Part shown: positions 47,203 to 57,969 of the stretch, piece after piece
Layout: each line of letters starts with the position of its first letter
Numbering within the stretch: the first letter of the stretch is position 1
IMG/VR virus record: IMGVR_UViG_3300036761_003567
Location: 43,224-107,223 of that record
Origin: a virus
DNA length: 64,000 bases
Direction: 5' to 3' (one strand)
Notes under the pieces: generated by a model
What the model was told of the DNA's origin: nothing
The model's input: only the letters and a program-made list of their open reading frames with translations
Database searches by the model: none
Program-made: the position numbers and the translations under genes

Positions 47203-47793
47203 ATGTCGAAGAAGGACATCGTGCTGGCGGCCGGGTCCCTCCCGCCCGGGGTCGTCACGGACTTCACCGTGACGAAGGACGACGTGCTGGCGATCTTCGT
47301 CAGCAGGAAGGAGCAGGAGCTCCTGGCCGAGAAGGAGGCCGCCGACAAGCAGATCGAAGCGGTCGCCGACGACATCGAGAAGGCGAGCGAGGCGCTCAAG
47401 AAGGCCGTCGAGAAGGCCGGCGAGGACCTGATCGGCAACGTCGTCAGGAAGGTCAACGAGCTGCTGAAGGAGGCCGGGCTCAGCGGGAAATTCGAGGCCC
47501 GCACGTGCCTCATGGACGAGGACGACAAGAAGAGCCTGGAGATCGGCATCTCCGGGTGCATGGGCGGGGCGAAGAAGGCCCTGACCCCCGAGGTCAGGAC
47601 CGTGCTCAGCGACATCAAGAAGCTGGAGGAGAAGGGCGTGGAGGCCGAGAAGGCCGCCATCGCCGCCCGCCAGCAGCTGATGAAGCTGCCCGCGGAGGAG
47701 CGCCGCGTCCGGGCCAAGCTGGCCACCCGCGCGCTCAGCCAGTCCGACGCCGGCCGCAAGTTCCTGGAGTCCTTCGAGGGGAACCAGGAGTAG
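47203..47793 (+). CDS. coiled-coil hypothetical protein
   Basis: GGAGG SD; strong codon bias; followed by a hairpin. Confidence 0.7.
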   Translation: MSKKDIVLAAGSLPPGVVTDFTVTKDDVLAIFVSRKEQELLAEKEAADKQIEAVADDIEKASEALKKAVEKAGEDLIGNVVRKVNELLKEAGLSGKFEARTCLMDEDDKKSLEIGISGCMGGAKKALTPEVRTVLSDIKKLEEKGVEAEKAAIAARQQLMKLPAEERRVRAKLATRALSQSDAGRKFLESFEGNQE

Positions 47794-47865
47794 GGACCGG
47801 GCGCGCCGCAGGGAAGGGGCAACCTACCCTCCGGCGCGTACGGGCCTCACTTTTGGAGATCAAAT

Positions 47866-48996
47866 ATGGGCGATTTCGACGACTGCTCGGTTCGGGAAGC
47901 TCCAGTCCGTAAAGCTCCCCGGATGGCAGCTGCCGTGGCGGAGGATATCGACATCGGCAAGGTGTTCGTTCCCGTGGAGGATGCCAAGAAGGCTCTCAGC
48001 CTGGAGAAGGATGGGAAGGAGATCGTCTGGGCCGACAACATCAAGACCCTGACGGAGATGCTTCGCGACAGGAGCGGGATCAACAATGTCGTCGCGTTCC
48101 AGGACTGCCAGTATGGAGGGTCCAAGATCAAGGTCTACGAGCTGAATGCCCCCGTCTTCACGAATCCGCTGGACGTCAAGTCGGCAGTCAAGGGTGGCGG
48201 GAAGGCCATCCTTTACACGATTTCGGAGTCGTCCAACGACCACTTCGACGCGATCAAGAAGGTCATAGAAGACGGCACGATCAAGTCATGCTTCAGAATC
48301 GACGAATACGTCAGGAAGTCCGGCACAGCGGCGTGCTCAACCGGCATTCGCCACGCTTTCTCCCTGCTGAAGTCCTATGACAAGGCGAAGGCCAAGGAGG
48401 CCTCCAAGAGGCGGAAGGCGTGGATCGTCCAGCACGGACGGATCGACTGCAACGACCTGAACGAGGTCTTCGGCATTCTCATCAGGACCGTCCGTGATTA
48501 CTACTCATTCGACGGCTTCCATTACTTCGTGAACTGGAACTGGCAGCGTCCGAAGGAGCGCGAAGCCATCTACAAGGCCGTCATCATCCTGTCCCGGCGC
48601 ATCGACCAGCTCGTCTACGACGAATTCAGCGGAAGCAAGAAGGTCAACAAGTTCGACTTGACGTTCAGCAAGTTGACGTTCAGCAAGTACAGCAAGTGGG
48701 TCAAGATTCCCTACACGAAGTGGGTCATCAGCCTGCGTCAGTACAGGAAGGGGCTGCTCCAGACGGAGGATGGGACGAAGACAATCCGCAAGACGGAATG
48801 GAGGCCCGTGGACAAAAGCGAAGTCCACGATTCGCGTGTTGTAAACCGCGGACCGAACGAGTGGGTCAAGGTGAAGAAGCAGGTGAAGGTCAGCGGGAAG
48901 CCCGCCCGTGAGTTTGGCAAGTGGCTGGACAGCGAGATCCGCGCGTGCATCCAGTATCTCCGGTCCAAGAAGGCCAAGAAGGAGGGAAAGAGATGA
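47866..48996 (+). CDS. hypothetical protein
   Basis: 376-aa ORF with GGAG SD. Confidence 0.7.
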   Translation: MGDFDDCSVREAPVRKAPRMAAAVAEDIDIGKVFVPVEDAKKALSLEKDGKEIVWADNIKTLTEMLRDRSGINNVVAFQDCQYGGSKIKVYELNAPVFTNPLDVKSAVKGGGKAILYTISESSNDHFDAIKKVIEDGTIKSCFRIDEYVRKSGTAACSTGIRHAFSLLKSYDKAKAKEASKRRKAWIVQHGRIDCNDLNEVFGILIRTVRDYYSFDGFHYFVNWNWQRPKEREAIYKAVIILSRRIDQLVYDEFSGSKKVNKFDLTFSKLTFSKYSKWVKIPYTKWVISLRQYRKGLLQTEDGTKTIRKTEWRPVDKSEVHDSRVVNRGPNEWVKVKKQVKVSGKPAREFGKWLDSEIRACIQYLRSKKAKKEGKR

Positions 48997-49249
48997 AGAC
49001 CCAGAAGATTCCGCCACGCATCCAGATCGCCGCGGTCATCATGCTCCAGAAGCCGGACAAGGGCTGGAAGTCAGGCGACAACCCCGAGATCGACTCGCTC
49101 GCGGAAGACTTCGCGGCAGACGACCTCAACGTCGATGACATCCTCGTCAAGAAGGGCAGCAGGAAGGTTGAGTTCCTCGTGTCGTGGAGCCTGCCCAGTT
49201 CGTTCAACGGGTTCAAGATCGTCAACCTGGAGGCGATGAAGGGGAGCAA

Positions 49250-49708
49250 ATGAAGCCTGTCCTCCTGCTGGACGTCGACGGCGTGCTCAACATCGGCGGA
49301 GACCAGCGCGAGACGGTCCATCTGCCCGGAACCTTCCTTCCTCTCTGGGCCTGCCGGAACTGGAAGTCCTTCCTGCGGAAGGTGGACCAGATCTCCGAGC
49401 TGGTCTGGTGCACCTGCTGGATGGAGCGGGCGAACTTCATCGGGAAGGCGGCAGGGATCCCCGAGAGGCCGCATATTCCCATGGTCGCTATCGAGGGGAA
49501 GGATCAGGACTGGAAGTGCGTCTCCGTCGACCGCATGTTCCCCGATCCGGCCCGCAAGCTGGTCTGGGTCGAGGACGGATTCCGCGACGACACGAGGCAG
49601 TGGGCCAAGCGGCGCGGGAACATGAAGCTCATCCACGTCCGCTTTCTGAGCGGTCTCACCAAGCGGACGATGCGGAAGGTGATTCGGCATCTGAGTAAAG
49701 GAGACTGA
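49250..49708 (+). CDS. HAD-domain protein (Swiss-army-knife RNA-repair type)
   Basis: LLLDVDGVLN, LVWCTCW, WK, VWVED. Confidence 0.75.
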   Translation: MKPVLLLDVDGVLNIGGDQRETVHLPGTFLPLWACRNWKSFLRKVDQISELVWCTCWMERANFIGKAAGIPERPHIPMVAIEGKDQDWKCVSVDRMFPDPARKLVWVEDGFRDDTRQWAKRRGNMKLIHVRFLSGLTKRTMRKVIRHLSKGD

Positions 49709-50435
49709 CATGGCGAAGATCACGGTCCATTTCAAGACCCCGGACGCCGTAGACGCGGCCATCTTCGATGCCACGGGGACGGAAGTCCACGGCAACTTGA
49801 CCCAGGAGCAGCAGGAGATCAAGGACGCCCTGGCGAAGTTCATCGAGTACGGCGAGAGCATCGAGGTCGAGTTCGACACGGAAGCAGGCACGGCCACCGT
49901 CATCCCCCTCTAGGAGACCTACCATGTCGCAGACCCTTCTCGGCGTGGACGGCCCGATCGGCTGGACCGACCACTACACGACCCGGCGCGGCGTCCGCGG
50001 CAGCAACACGATCTTCAAGCCGGACGCGATCGTCGCCGTCGACCTGTCCGTCCCCCGCTTCTACAAGCTGGTCGTGCGGAACGGGAGCTCGCGGCCCTTC
50101 GTGGCCACCGGCAGCTTCCACGCGATGTGGGAGCTCTGGAAGCACCTCGGCCTCTCGGACGGCCAGATGGAAGAGGGATCCCTTCCCAAGAAGGCGGACT
50201 ACGCGTCCATCTCCCCCGTCTCGGGCAAGGGCTCGAACCTGTTCGCCTCCCGCGGGGGTGAGCACCGCGAGAACCTGCTGGCCGCGGACCTGGTGATGAC
50301 CGCCGGCGTCGAGGACGTGCTCGACGCGTGGGCGGAGCTGTCCCGCTTCGGCTGGAAGGCCAACATCCAGGCGGCGTAGCGTCGGCGTGGACAAGGCAAG
50401 GGTTTCATCGAAGACTCCATCAGGAAGGCCAACGC

Positions 50436-50609
50436 GTGATCCAGACCATCTGCCGGAGTTATGGGCGGCTCGCTGACAGGAACCGGGCGATCGCCCAGCT
50501 CAAACGCAAGGGCTACAACCGGTTCGTGCTGTTCTACGACGCCAAGGGCTTCTTCGCGCTGTCGTACACGAGGCGCTATTCTGACACCTCGTGCTCGTTC
50601 TCCTGGTAA
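50436..50609 (+). CDS. small protein, paralogue of 39673..39855
   Basis: ADRNRAIAQL.RKG.N.FV.F.D...FALSY. Confidence 0.6.
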   Translation: MIQTICRSYGRLADRNRAIAQLKRKGYNRFVLFYDAKGFFALSYTRRYSDTSCSFSW

Positions 50610-50646
50610 TTCCCATCCCCACTCTCCCTCTGGCAAGGAGCCAAAT

Positions 50647-51213
50647 ATGGACGAGATGGAAGCGTTGCAGGCGCAGCTCGAGAAGAATCTGGGCCTCGGC
50701 CAGAGGCTGATCGACAAGCCGGCCAAGCAGACGCCGAAGGCCGACGTGCCGGTGCTGGTCGTCGCCGAGGGCCAGACCCAAGTCAAGCCGGTCAAGCCGG
50801 TGAAGACTCCGGGCCTCGCCATCGTCAAGGCGATCGTCGACAAGAACAAGAAGCTCAAGCCCAAGTCAGAGATCAATGCGGCCTCGGCGAGGGCGATGAA
50901 GAGCAGGAACCCGGACGGGACGAAGAAGCCCAGAATCCCGACGCTCAAGACCAAGGGGCCGGACGAGGCAGCCCTGCTCAAGAAGTACCCGCACGCGAAG
51001 GCGGGCACGCTCTACTACCAGCCCGCCGCCAAGAAGTGGACCATCGAGATCGCCTGCGCCAAGTGCAAGGCGGCGCGGATGGTACATACCTCAGACCTCT
51101 TCCAGGTCAAGCTGTGCGTAGCCTGCAAGGGCGCGAAGCCGACCAAGCAGACGGTATCCACGGAGCAGAAGGCCAAGAACATCGAGGCCCTCGCCAAGGA
51201 GATCCTGGGGTGA
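50647..51213 (+). CDS. TSDL Zn-ribbon protein, paralogue 3 (Lys/Pro-rich N-terminal extension)
   Basis: YPHAKAGT...CAKC..RMVHTSDLFQV..CVAC. Confidence 0.75.
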   Translation: MDEMEALQAQLEKNLGLGQRLIDKPAKQTPKADVPVLVVAEGQTQVKPVKPVKTPGLAIVKAIVDKNKKLKPKSEINAASARAMKSRNPDGTKKPRIPTLKTKGPDEAALLKKYPHAKAGTLYYQPAAKKWTIEIACAKCKAARMVHTSDLFQVKLCVACKGAKPTKQTVSTEQKAKNIEALAKEILG

Positions 51214-51901
51214 GCACCGAATCGAAGATGGTCTTCGCCGGGCTTACCGGCATCTTCGGCCTGCCGCCCTCCCTGCGAGAGAGGAAGCGGGAGGCGAGGA
51301 AATGTGCGCTGCCCGGATGCGACAAGACCACCACGCACAATGGCGGGTACTGCTGCGCCGAGCACTGCAAACAACACAAGGAGGCGAAGTCATGAAACTC
51401 CTGCCTATCAATATCATCGAAGGCGATCGCACGGTACCGGCGTGCGTGAACCTGGACGCGATCGACATCATCGTGCCAGGGGAACACGGCCATATGACGA
51501 TCCACTTGCGTGGCGGCTTTTACTCCCAGATGGAGGCCGGGGAACTCGACACGATCCTCGCCGCCAATGAACTGATTTTCAAGTGCATCAAGAAGGAGGA
51601 ACCCAAATGAACGCAACAATCAAGGCCCCGACGGATCAGCAACTCGAGCTGATCACCCAGATCATGGACAACCTGTCCAAGCTCGGGAAGGGGAAGGCGA
51701 TCGCCGCAGAGACCCGCCGGCTCACCGTGAAGGACGGCGAGCTCAAGAGCGAGTACGAGCTCCGGCAGGTGAACTACGGGCTCAAGCAGCTGATCAAGCA
51801 GGAAGAGGAGAAGGCGCGGCCCAGGCCCACCGTCCTCGTGGAGGAGACCAGCCGTCGCGGTCCGGATCTGGGCCTTCAGGAACTCTAACACAGGAGGCAT
51901 C

Positions 51902-52297
51902 ATGCACCGGCTTTTCGCTCTAGTCATTCTGCTGGTCCCGCTCGCGATCGTCGGTTGTGATGACGGGAGCAAGGACCGGGAGATCAGCAAGCTCAATACG
52001 CAGCTCCAAGCCGCCCTGCGCCAGCAGCGGGAGATGGAGAAGACGCTGCCGTCCGAGCAACCCGAAGTGCTCAAGGAGAACGCCAAGCTCCGCGTAGAGC
52101 TTATCGCCACCAAGCAGGCCTTGGCCGCATCTAGTGAGCGGATTCCCGGCGAGATCCTGCCGCTGGCGATCTGGCTCAAGGAACTCCAGAAACGGCTGGA
52201 TGCGGTCGAGCCTCTGGCACGAGGAGCTTCCAGGAAGGGGGCACACGCACAGCTACAAGAAGGGCGACTCATTCCTCTCGAGCACCACGAGTCCTGA
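51902..52297 (+). CDS. predicted lipoprotein
   Basis: MHRLFALVILLVPLAIVG-C lipobox. Confidence 0.7.
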   Translation: MHRLFALVILLVPLAIVGCDDGSKDREISKLNTQLQAALRQQREMEKTLPSEQPEVLKENAKLRVELIATKQALAASSERIPGEILPLAIWLKELQKRLDAVEPLARGASRKGAHAQLQEGRLIPLEHHES

Positions 52298-52328
52298 CTA
52301 GTCTTGCTCTGCCCATTAGGAGGCCTCT

Positions 52329-52541
52329 ATGCGTTGGCTACTACTGGTCATTCTGCTGGTCCCGCTCACGACCCTCGGTTGCAGCGAAGGCGTCTCGCAA
52401 CGTGAGGGATTTGGCGTGGAGTACAAGAACAACCTGAATTCCTGGCGCGTAGTCCCGATCGTCATCGACGGGCACAAATACATCCTGGCAACCGGTGGTG
52501 ACAGCGGCGCATGCTCCATCTGCCCGGCCAAATCTGACTAG
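52329..52541 (+). CDS. predicted lipoprotein
   Basis: MRWLLLVILLVPLTTLG-C lipobox. Confidence 0.7.
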   Translation: MRWLLLVILLVPLTTLGCSEGVSQREGFGVEYKNNLNSWRVVPIVIDGHKYILATGGDSGACSICPAKSD

Positions 52542-52600
52542 TCTTCAAGTCTCCTATTCCCAGTCCCATTGAGGAGAATTCTAGACTGTATTTCAAATAA

Positions 52601-52630
52601 TTGACAATAAGATACGCTCCCTGATAGAAT
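52601..52630 (+). promoter_or_regulatory. sigma70-type promoter
   Basis: TTGACA-18-TAGAAT with extended TG and an AT-rich upstream region. Confidence 0.75.
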
Positions 52631-52675
52631 ACGCCTGTTGACGGAAGCATCCACCCCTTTCTAGGAGTTGCGATC

Positions 52676-53287
52676 ATGGCGAAAGCCCCCATCAACGTGG
52701 ACGACCTCCTCGCCGGGCTCGCGTCCGGCAAGCCCGCGAAGAAGTCGAAGAGCACGACCCCGACGATCACCGTCCCCGGCATCGACAAGGACGTGGCCGC
52801 CTTCCTGAAGGCCAAGCAGGACAGCAAGAACGCCGCGGCAGCGCAGGCGACCGCGGAAGAGGAGATCATGCCCAAGGCTCTGGCCGCCCGCATCAAGGAG
52901 CTCCGCGCCCTCGGCCGGTTCGAGAGCGCCGTCGTGCTCAACGAGGCCCTGCTGCTGGTCACCCAGAACAAGTACAGCAAGGTCCCCACCGACGCCAAGG
53001 ACGCGCTGGAGAAGGCCTTCGGCGACGAGATGGACAAGCTGGTCAAGAAGGTCACCGAGATCAGCCTCAGCGAGAAGGCGGTCAACGACCCGGACGGCCT
53101 GAAGCGGATCATCGAGGCCATCGGCATCGACAAGTTCAAGGACTACCTCGTGGTCGAGCAGTACTACGTGCCGACCGAGGCTCTCCACCACGGGATCGTG
53201 ATGGACGAGAAGATCGAGGCGAAGGCCAAGGGCCTGCTCGAGCAGGGGATCCTCAAGCCCACCAAGCCCTCGCTCCGGGCAAAGTAA
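52676..53287 (+). CDS. hypothetical protein, probably highly expressed
   Basis: Own promoter, AGGAG SD, strong codon bias, downstream hairpin. Confidence 0.75.
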   Translation: MAKAPINVDDLLAGLASGKPAKKSKSTTPTITVPGIDKDVAAFLKAKQDSKNAAAAQATAEEEIMPKALAARIKELRALGRFESAVVLNEALLLVTQNKYSKVPTDAKDALEKAFGDEMDKLVKKVTEISLSEKAVNDPDGLKRIIEAIGIDKFKDYLVVEQYYVPTEALHHGIVMDEKIEAKAKGLLEQGILKPTKPSLRAK

Positions 53288-53292
53288 ACCAC

Positions 53293-53325
53293 ATGGCCCG
53301 CCGTCCGCATCGGGCGGCGGGCCAT
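53293..53325 (+). terminator. GC hairpin
   Basis: atggcccgccgtccg / cgggcggcgggccat. Confidence 0.6.
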
Positions 53326-53998
53326 TGGAGAAAGACATGAGGCAGGTCATCTTCCAGTTCAAGATCAGGAAGGTCAAATGAAGATCCCCAAAGGATCAGA
53401 TGTGAAGTGGCTGACGCGCGAGGCCAAGCGGGTAGCAAAGGCGATGTTGGCCAGCGGCGACAACGACCCAGCCGAAGCCCTTGAGTGGACCTACCGCGAT
53501 GGGACGGAGGCTGAGGCACGATGGGTCATAGCCAAGGCTACGGTCCTGTGGAAGAAGCTCAAGAAGGCCGTGGAGACGGCATGCTGAAGATCAACACGCT
53601 GGTGGTCCTCCAGGTCAGGCAGGCCAAGCGCGAAGGCTTCCTGTCGCCCCGCTACCTCGTGGCGAGGAAGGTCGGCGACATGGTCACCATCGGTCTGATC
53701 GGGAGGGCTCACTCGGAGACGATCCACGCGGTCCTCACCCTCGACGGAGTCAAGAGGCTGGAGGACGCGCTCCACATGGTCCGCACCGTGGGAAGGGACA
53801 TCCAGATCGGCATCGTGCCAAGGAGGGAGGAGCATGCGCGAAGGGTTTCGCGTCGTCGGTCCTGACGGGAAGGCGATGCCGGAGCTGTTCCGCGAGGTCC
53901 GGCGGGACCGGTCCCAGGTCGAGGTCGAAGACATAAAGAGCGGCGCCCGTGCGGTCGTCCACTGCACGCGGATCATCTCATCCAAGAAGGAGGAACAG

Positions 53999-54472
53999 AT
54001 GGCGACGCAGAAGGTGAGCGGCACCCCGAAGTTCGACTTCAAGTCGATCGCCGGCGAGCGCTGGTCGAAGCCGATGGCGTTCGACCACAAGGGCGTGAAG
54101 GCGGAGGCCCACGTGATCGTCAACCGGATCACGAAGAAGTACCGCGCCCTCAACACGTACAACGGCAGCCTCGGCAAGCAGGGCAAGACGGGAATGTCCT
54201 TCGCGTTCAAGGACTACAACCAGCTGGTCGCCCGTCTGGCCGAGCGCGGCTACAAGCGCGTCGGCGGCGGCCCCGCGCCCAAGAAGGCCGTCGGCCCCAC
54301 CATCCTGCCGAAGACCAAGCCCGCCCCGGTGAAGCCCATCAAGGGTCCGGTCACCGTCATCCCCAAGGCGAAGCCCACGCAGGCCCTCGCCCCCGCTCCC
54401 GTGAAGGAGGCTCCGAATGCGAACGTACCCGCTCAGCCCGTCGCTCCGCCCGCCCCTCCCGCGCAGTCCTGA
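53999..54472 (+). CDS. basic protein with Pro/Lys/Ala-rich tail
   Basis: AGGAGG SD before MATQKV; an in-frame upstream ATG at 53834 is also possible. Confidence 0.6.
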   Translation: MATQKVSGTPKFDFKSIAGERWSKPMAFDHKGVKAEAHVIVNRITKKYRALNTYNGSLGKQGKTGMSFAFKDYNQLVARLAERGYKRVGGGPAPKKAVGPTILPKTKPAPVKPIKGPVTVIPKAKPTQALAPAPVKEAPNANVPAQPVAPPAPPAQS

Positions 54473-55721
54473 TCTGAAGGAGACGCACTACGAGGTCTGC
54501 AAGAGAGAGGGAATGACGGACGAGGAGATCGCCAAGGACTGGGCCGAAGTGGAGAAGGAACTCCAGGCCCAGTTCCTGCAGGTGGTGGAAGGAGATCGGG
54601 CCTGATGGACATCACCAGCATGATCGTGGCTCGCGTATACAAGATCGATGGAGAAGACGCCAGGAAGGATGATAGGAACCCGAGGATCGCGTTCCTCAAC
54701 GCCCGTTTCGTGGAAGGTCGGACCGTGGCCCCGTATCAATTCTGGGCGGGACCCTGCATGCTCCAGCTTTCCCATCTCAAAGTAGTGATCTCCCAGTCTT
54801 GCGAGGTCATTGTCTGCCACAAGGACCTTGGCATCGACATCGCGAACGTCTGGTTCCGCGACTACTGCGGGACCCGTGGGGAAGGTCTCAAAGGTCTCAA
54901 AGGTCTCGAGTGGGGAGAGGCTATCGAGCTGGTCTGGGACGGGAAGTGCTATCGGGAGCTGGGAGCCACGGAGCCCGGCGAGGGGCTGTTCATGTTCGGC
55001 AGTTCCTACGGCGGGGACGGCATCAAACTGCCCATCGCTACGAAGCTCGGCACCCGGTCGATCTTCTACAAGGAAGGGGAAGGGGACGAGGAAGGCAGCA
55101 TCAAGCGTCCGCCCATGGGATTCCAAATGGGAATGAAAGCATGACCAAGGAGAGTCCAGACTATACGACTTGGCTAATCTGCGGCATCAAGGTCAAGCGT
55201 TCCGATTTGATGCCGGAGCGGAAGGTGTCCGGATGCGCCCATCCGAAGAAGGGGGCGAAGTTCTGTCCGGAATGCGGGAAGCAATCGTGGACAACAGAAC
55301 CCCGCCCCGTCAAGGGCTACAATGAAGACGACGGCGAATACTTGGGATACCGCGTCTACCCGGTCGGAGATTCCGAAGGCGACGAAGTGATCGTCGGCAA
55401 GCAGGTGGCAGAGGTCAGGAGTGATGGACCGTTCCTGTACAACCCATCCACCCTCGACTCCGTGCGGGCCTTCATGCTGAAAAGGTCCGAGGAATGGGAA
55501 CTCAAGGGGACGTTCGGGGTATGGCTTGTCCTATACTGCTCGTACTAAGGGGACAACATGGTGTACTTGGCCCTCGCTTTCATCGTGACCGCACAATTCA
55601 TCCGGTATTTAACCACGATCGGCGACCAGCCCACGCACATACAGGCCTCGGCCGATTTGGGAATCTGCCTGCTGATCTTCCTCAGCTACCAGACGCAGAG
55701 GCTGATCAAGAAGGGGAATAG

Positions 55722-55751
55722 TTGACAGGGGATTTCCCTCCCTGATATACT
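55722..55751 (+). promoter_or_regulatory. sigma70-type promoter
   Basis: TTGACA-18-TATACT with extended TG; GGATT at the same offset as in 27928 and 31946. Confidence 0.8.
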
Positions 55752-57222
55752 GTTCCTAGGAGAACGTGTATGAACATGGAAGATCCGGACGAGCCAGAAG
55801 AGTTCGAGGGGCCTGACCCCAACGGCGAATACGGGGGCGCCTTCGGGGGCGGCGAGGAGCCCGAGGGAATGCCATCGCCTTTGGAGATCAAAGGCATGCT
55901 GGGGGAGCTGGGGAAGATCCTGGGCGGCGGCAACATCTTCGCTACCGTCGTCCCCTCTCTCGTCCCCTCCCGGTACGCGAGCCTCGTGTGTCCGCCCAGC
56001 CCGGAGGACGTGGCCAAGCTCAAGGTGAGGTTCGACCAGCACGTCGCCGAGGCGAAGGCTCTCATCGCCAAGGCCAAGGACGAAGGCAGCCCGCCGACGC
56101 AGGAGATCATGCAGTCGCTTGGACAGGTCGCCCAGGATGAGGAACTCCTGAAGCGCGCCCAGTCCCTCGTGAATTGAGGGCAGCCATGGAAGACAAGTAC
56201 TGCGACATCTGGCGCATCACACTGGCGTCTGGATCTACGGTCCATATCGCCATCCAGGTCAAGTCCAAGACATCCAGCCCGGAGGACGCGTTAGCCGCGC
56301 TCCGCTCAATGGAGTTGTACAAATCGCTCGTCGTGAAGTCCCTCGAGCGCGTGGGTGGAAGCGACTGCTTCTACTTCTCCAGTCTTGAGGTAAGGAAGGC
56401 CTGGTCCGTCGTGATTCATGCCACCTAGGAGGCCAGATGCCCAAACGCGTTCCGCCGAAGTTCCGTCGTCTCCCGACCCTGAACGAGACCGCCTCGGTCC
56501 TGGAACCGGGAGCGCCGGAATTCATCACCATGGAGGTCAGCACCTCCCCCGGTGAGGAAAAGAAGAAGATCATCTACATCCGACAGGACACGCTTCCCGA
56601 GAAGCTGCGCAAGGACGTCGGCAAGGCGGTCATCGAGAAGTGCCTCGGCCTGCCGCTGTTCCAGACCCTCGGGAACCTGGGCCAGCGGATCCTCTTGGGA
56701 GACGACGTGCCGATCTCGACCGGGAACAAGACGGACGGGCCGAGCGATCCGGAGGGTCCGGATCTGGCCACGGAGGGGGACAAATGAAGCGCCACGGGAT
56801 ACCTCCGATCCGGGTCAAACGCGGGGACATCTGTGTGCAGGGCAAGCTGCGTCTAGAGGCTTGGAAGCAACTGCGCAAGGGGAGCAAGTGAAGATCATCA
56901 AGAAGTACCTGATCGAGAGGCCCATCGGCATGATCCGGGTGCCGAAGGGTGCCACGTGCCTTTCAGCCAGCATGGACGAATACGACCGAGACGAGCATGG
57001 GGAGAGGGTCCTAGTCGTGTGGGTGATGTACGACTGGACCGATCCGATGCCGCCGAAGGGAACGGAAGCGTGGGAGACCAGATTTATCCAGTGCGAGACG
57101 GCGGACTCCCTCTTCACGCCTGGACGTTTCATCGGCTCGGTCAGGTACGAATACGCGAGCGGCGGGGTCACCACGTACCACCTGTTCGAGTCCGATGGCG
57201 AGCCTCCCAAGAAGGAGGGATA

Positions 57223-57483
57223 GTGTCCAAGCACGAGATGGTCATCGGCAACGACGGCTCGCTGCGGATGGTCTATGCCGACGAGCTGACCCCGCTTCTC
57301 TCCTTGGGGAAGGCCGAAATCCGGCGGGCCAGCCACGTCGAGCCGGCAGGAGTCCGGTGGGTCGTCAATCTCAAGCCGGTCGGCGGCCCCCGAATCGGAC
57401 CGTTCAGGACCCGGGCGAAGGCGCTCGCAATCGAGCACGCCTGGCTCGTCAAGCACAACATCCCGTTCCCCAAGGAGGCCTAA
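57223..57483 (+). CDS. conserved small protein that accompanies DUF1257/DUF2997 modules
   Basis: GGAGG SD, GTG start; IRRASHVEP...W...L.PVGGP..GPF.TR..AL..E..WL. Confidence 0.65.
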   Translation: MSKHEMVIGNDGSLRMVYADELTPLLSLGKAEIRRASHVEPAGVRWVVNLKPVGGPRIGPFRTRAKALAIEHAWLVKHNIPFPKEA

Positions 57484-57939
57484 ATGTCTCATGTCGCTCG
57501 ACTCGAGTTGGACGTGCTCGATCTGGAAGCCCTCAAGAAGGCGGTCAAGGCGTCGGGCCTCCAGTGGAAAGAAGGCCAGAAGCATCACAAGTGGTACGGT
57601 TCGTGGGTCAACGACTACCACGGGGCGAACGCCGCCTACCACCACGGGATCAAGCCCGAGGACTACGGCAAGTGCGAGCACGCCATCGGCGTCCCCGGCA
57701 ACTCGCAGGCGTACGAGATCGGCGTCTGCAAGAACCCCAACGGGAAAGGCCACGTGCTGGTCTGGGACTTCTACGCCGGCGGACACGGACTGCAGGCGCT
57801 GGCCGGGGACAATTGCTCCAACATCGTAAAGGGGTACGTCGCCGAGGTGGCCAAGAAGAAAATGACAGCCCAGGGCTACACCTGCACGCAGACCAAGCTC
57901 CCGACGGGCGAGGTCAAGCTCCAGTTCGTCAAGTACTAG
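57484..57939 (+). CDS. DUF1257 / Ycf35-like protein
   Basis: MSH...DLEALKKA...C.HAI..P...YEIG...WDFY...Y..EVAKK....GY. Confidence 0.75.
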   Translation: MSHVARLELDVLDLEALKKAVKASGLQWKEGQKHHKWYGSWVNDYHGANAAYHHGIKPEDYGKCEHAIGVPGNSQAYEIGVCKNPNGKGHVLVWDFYAGGHGLQALAGDNCSNIVKGYVAEVAKKKMTAQGYTCTQTKLPTGEVKLQFVKY

Positions 57940-57969
57940 GCGACTTCCCCCAGCACAGGAGCCTGACCG

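Larger units (their letters stand above)
40001..56787 (+). other. block of about 45 short co-oriented early-type genes, mostly hypothetical
   Basis: Strong GGAG(G) SD sites, C/U-rich leaders, start/stop overlaps and strongly G/C-ending codons, e.g. 40001, 40301, 40578, 42156, 42990, 43555, 43884, 44172, 44360, 44656, 45106, 45416, 46833, 48993, 49710, 49924, 51392, 51607, 53378, 53581, 54605, 55141, 55770, 56437. Confidence 0.7.
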
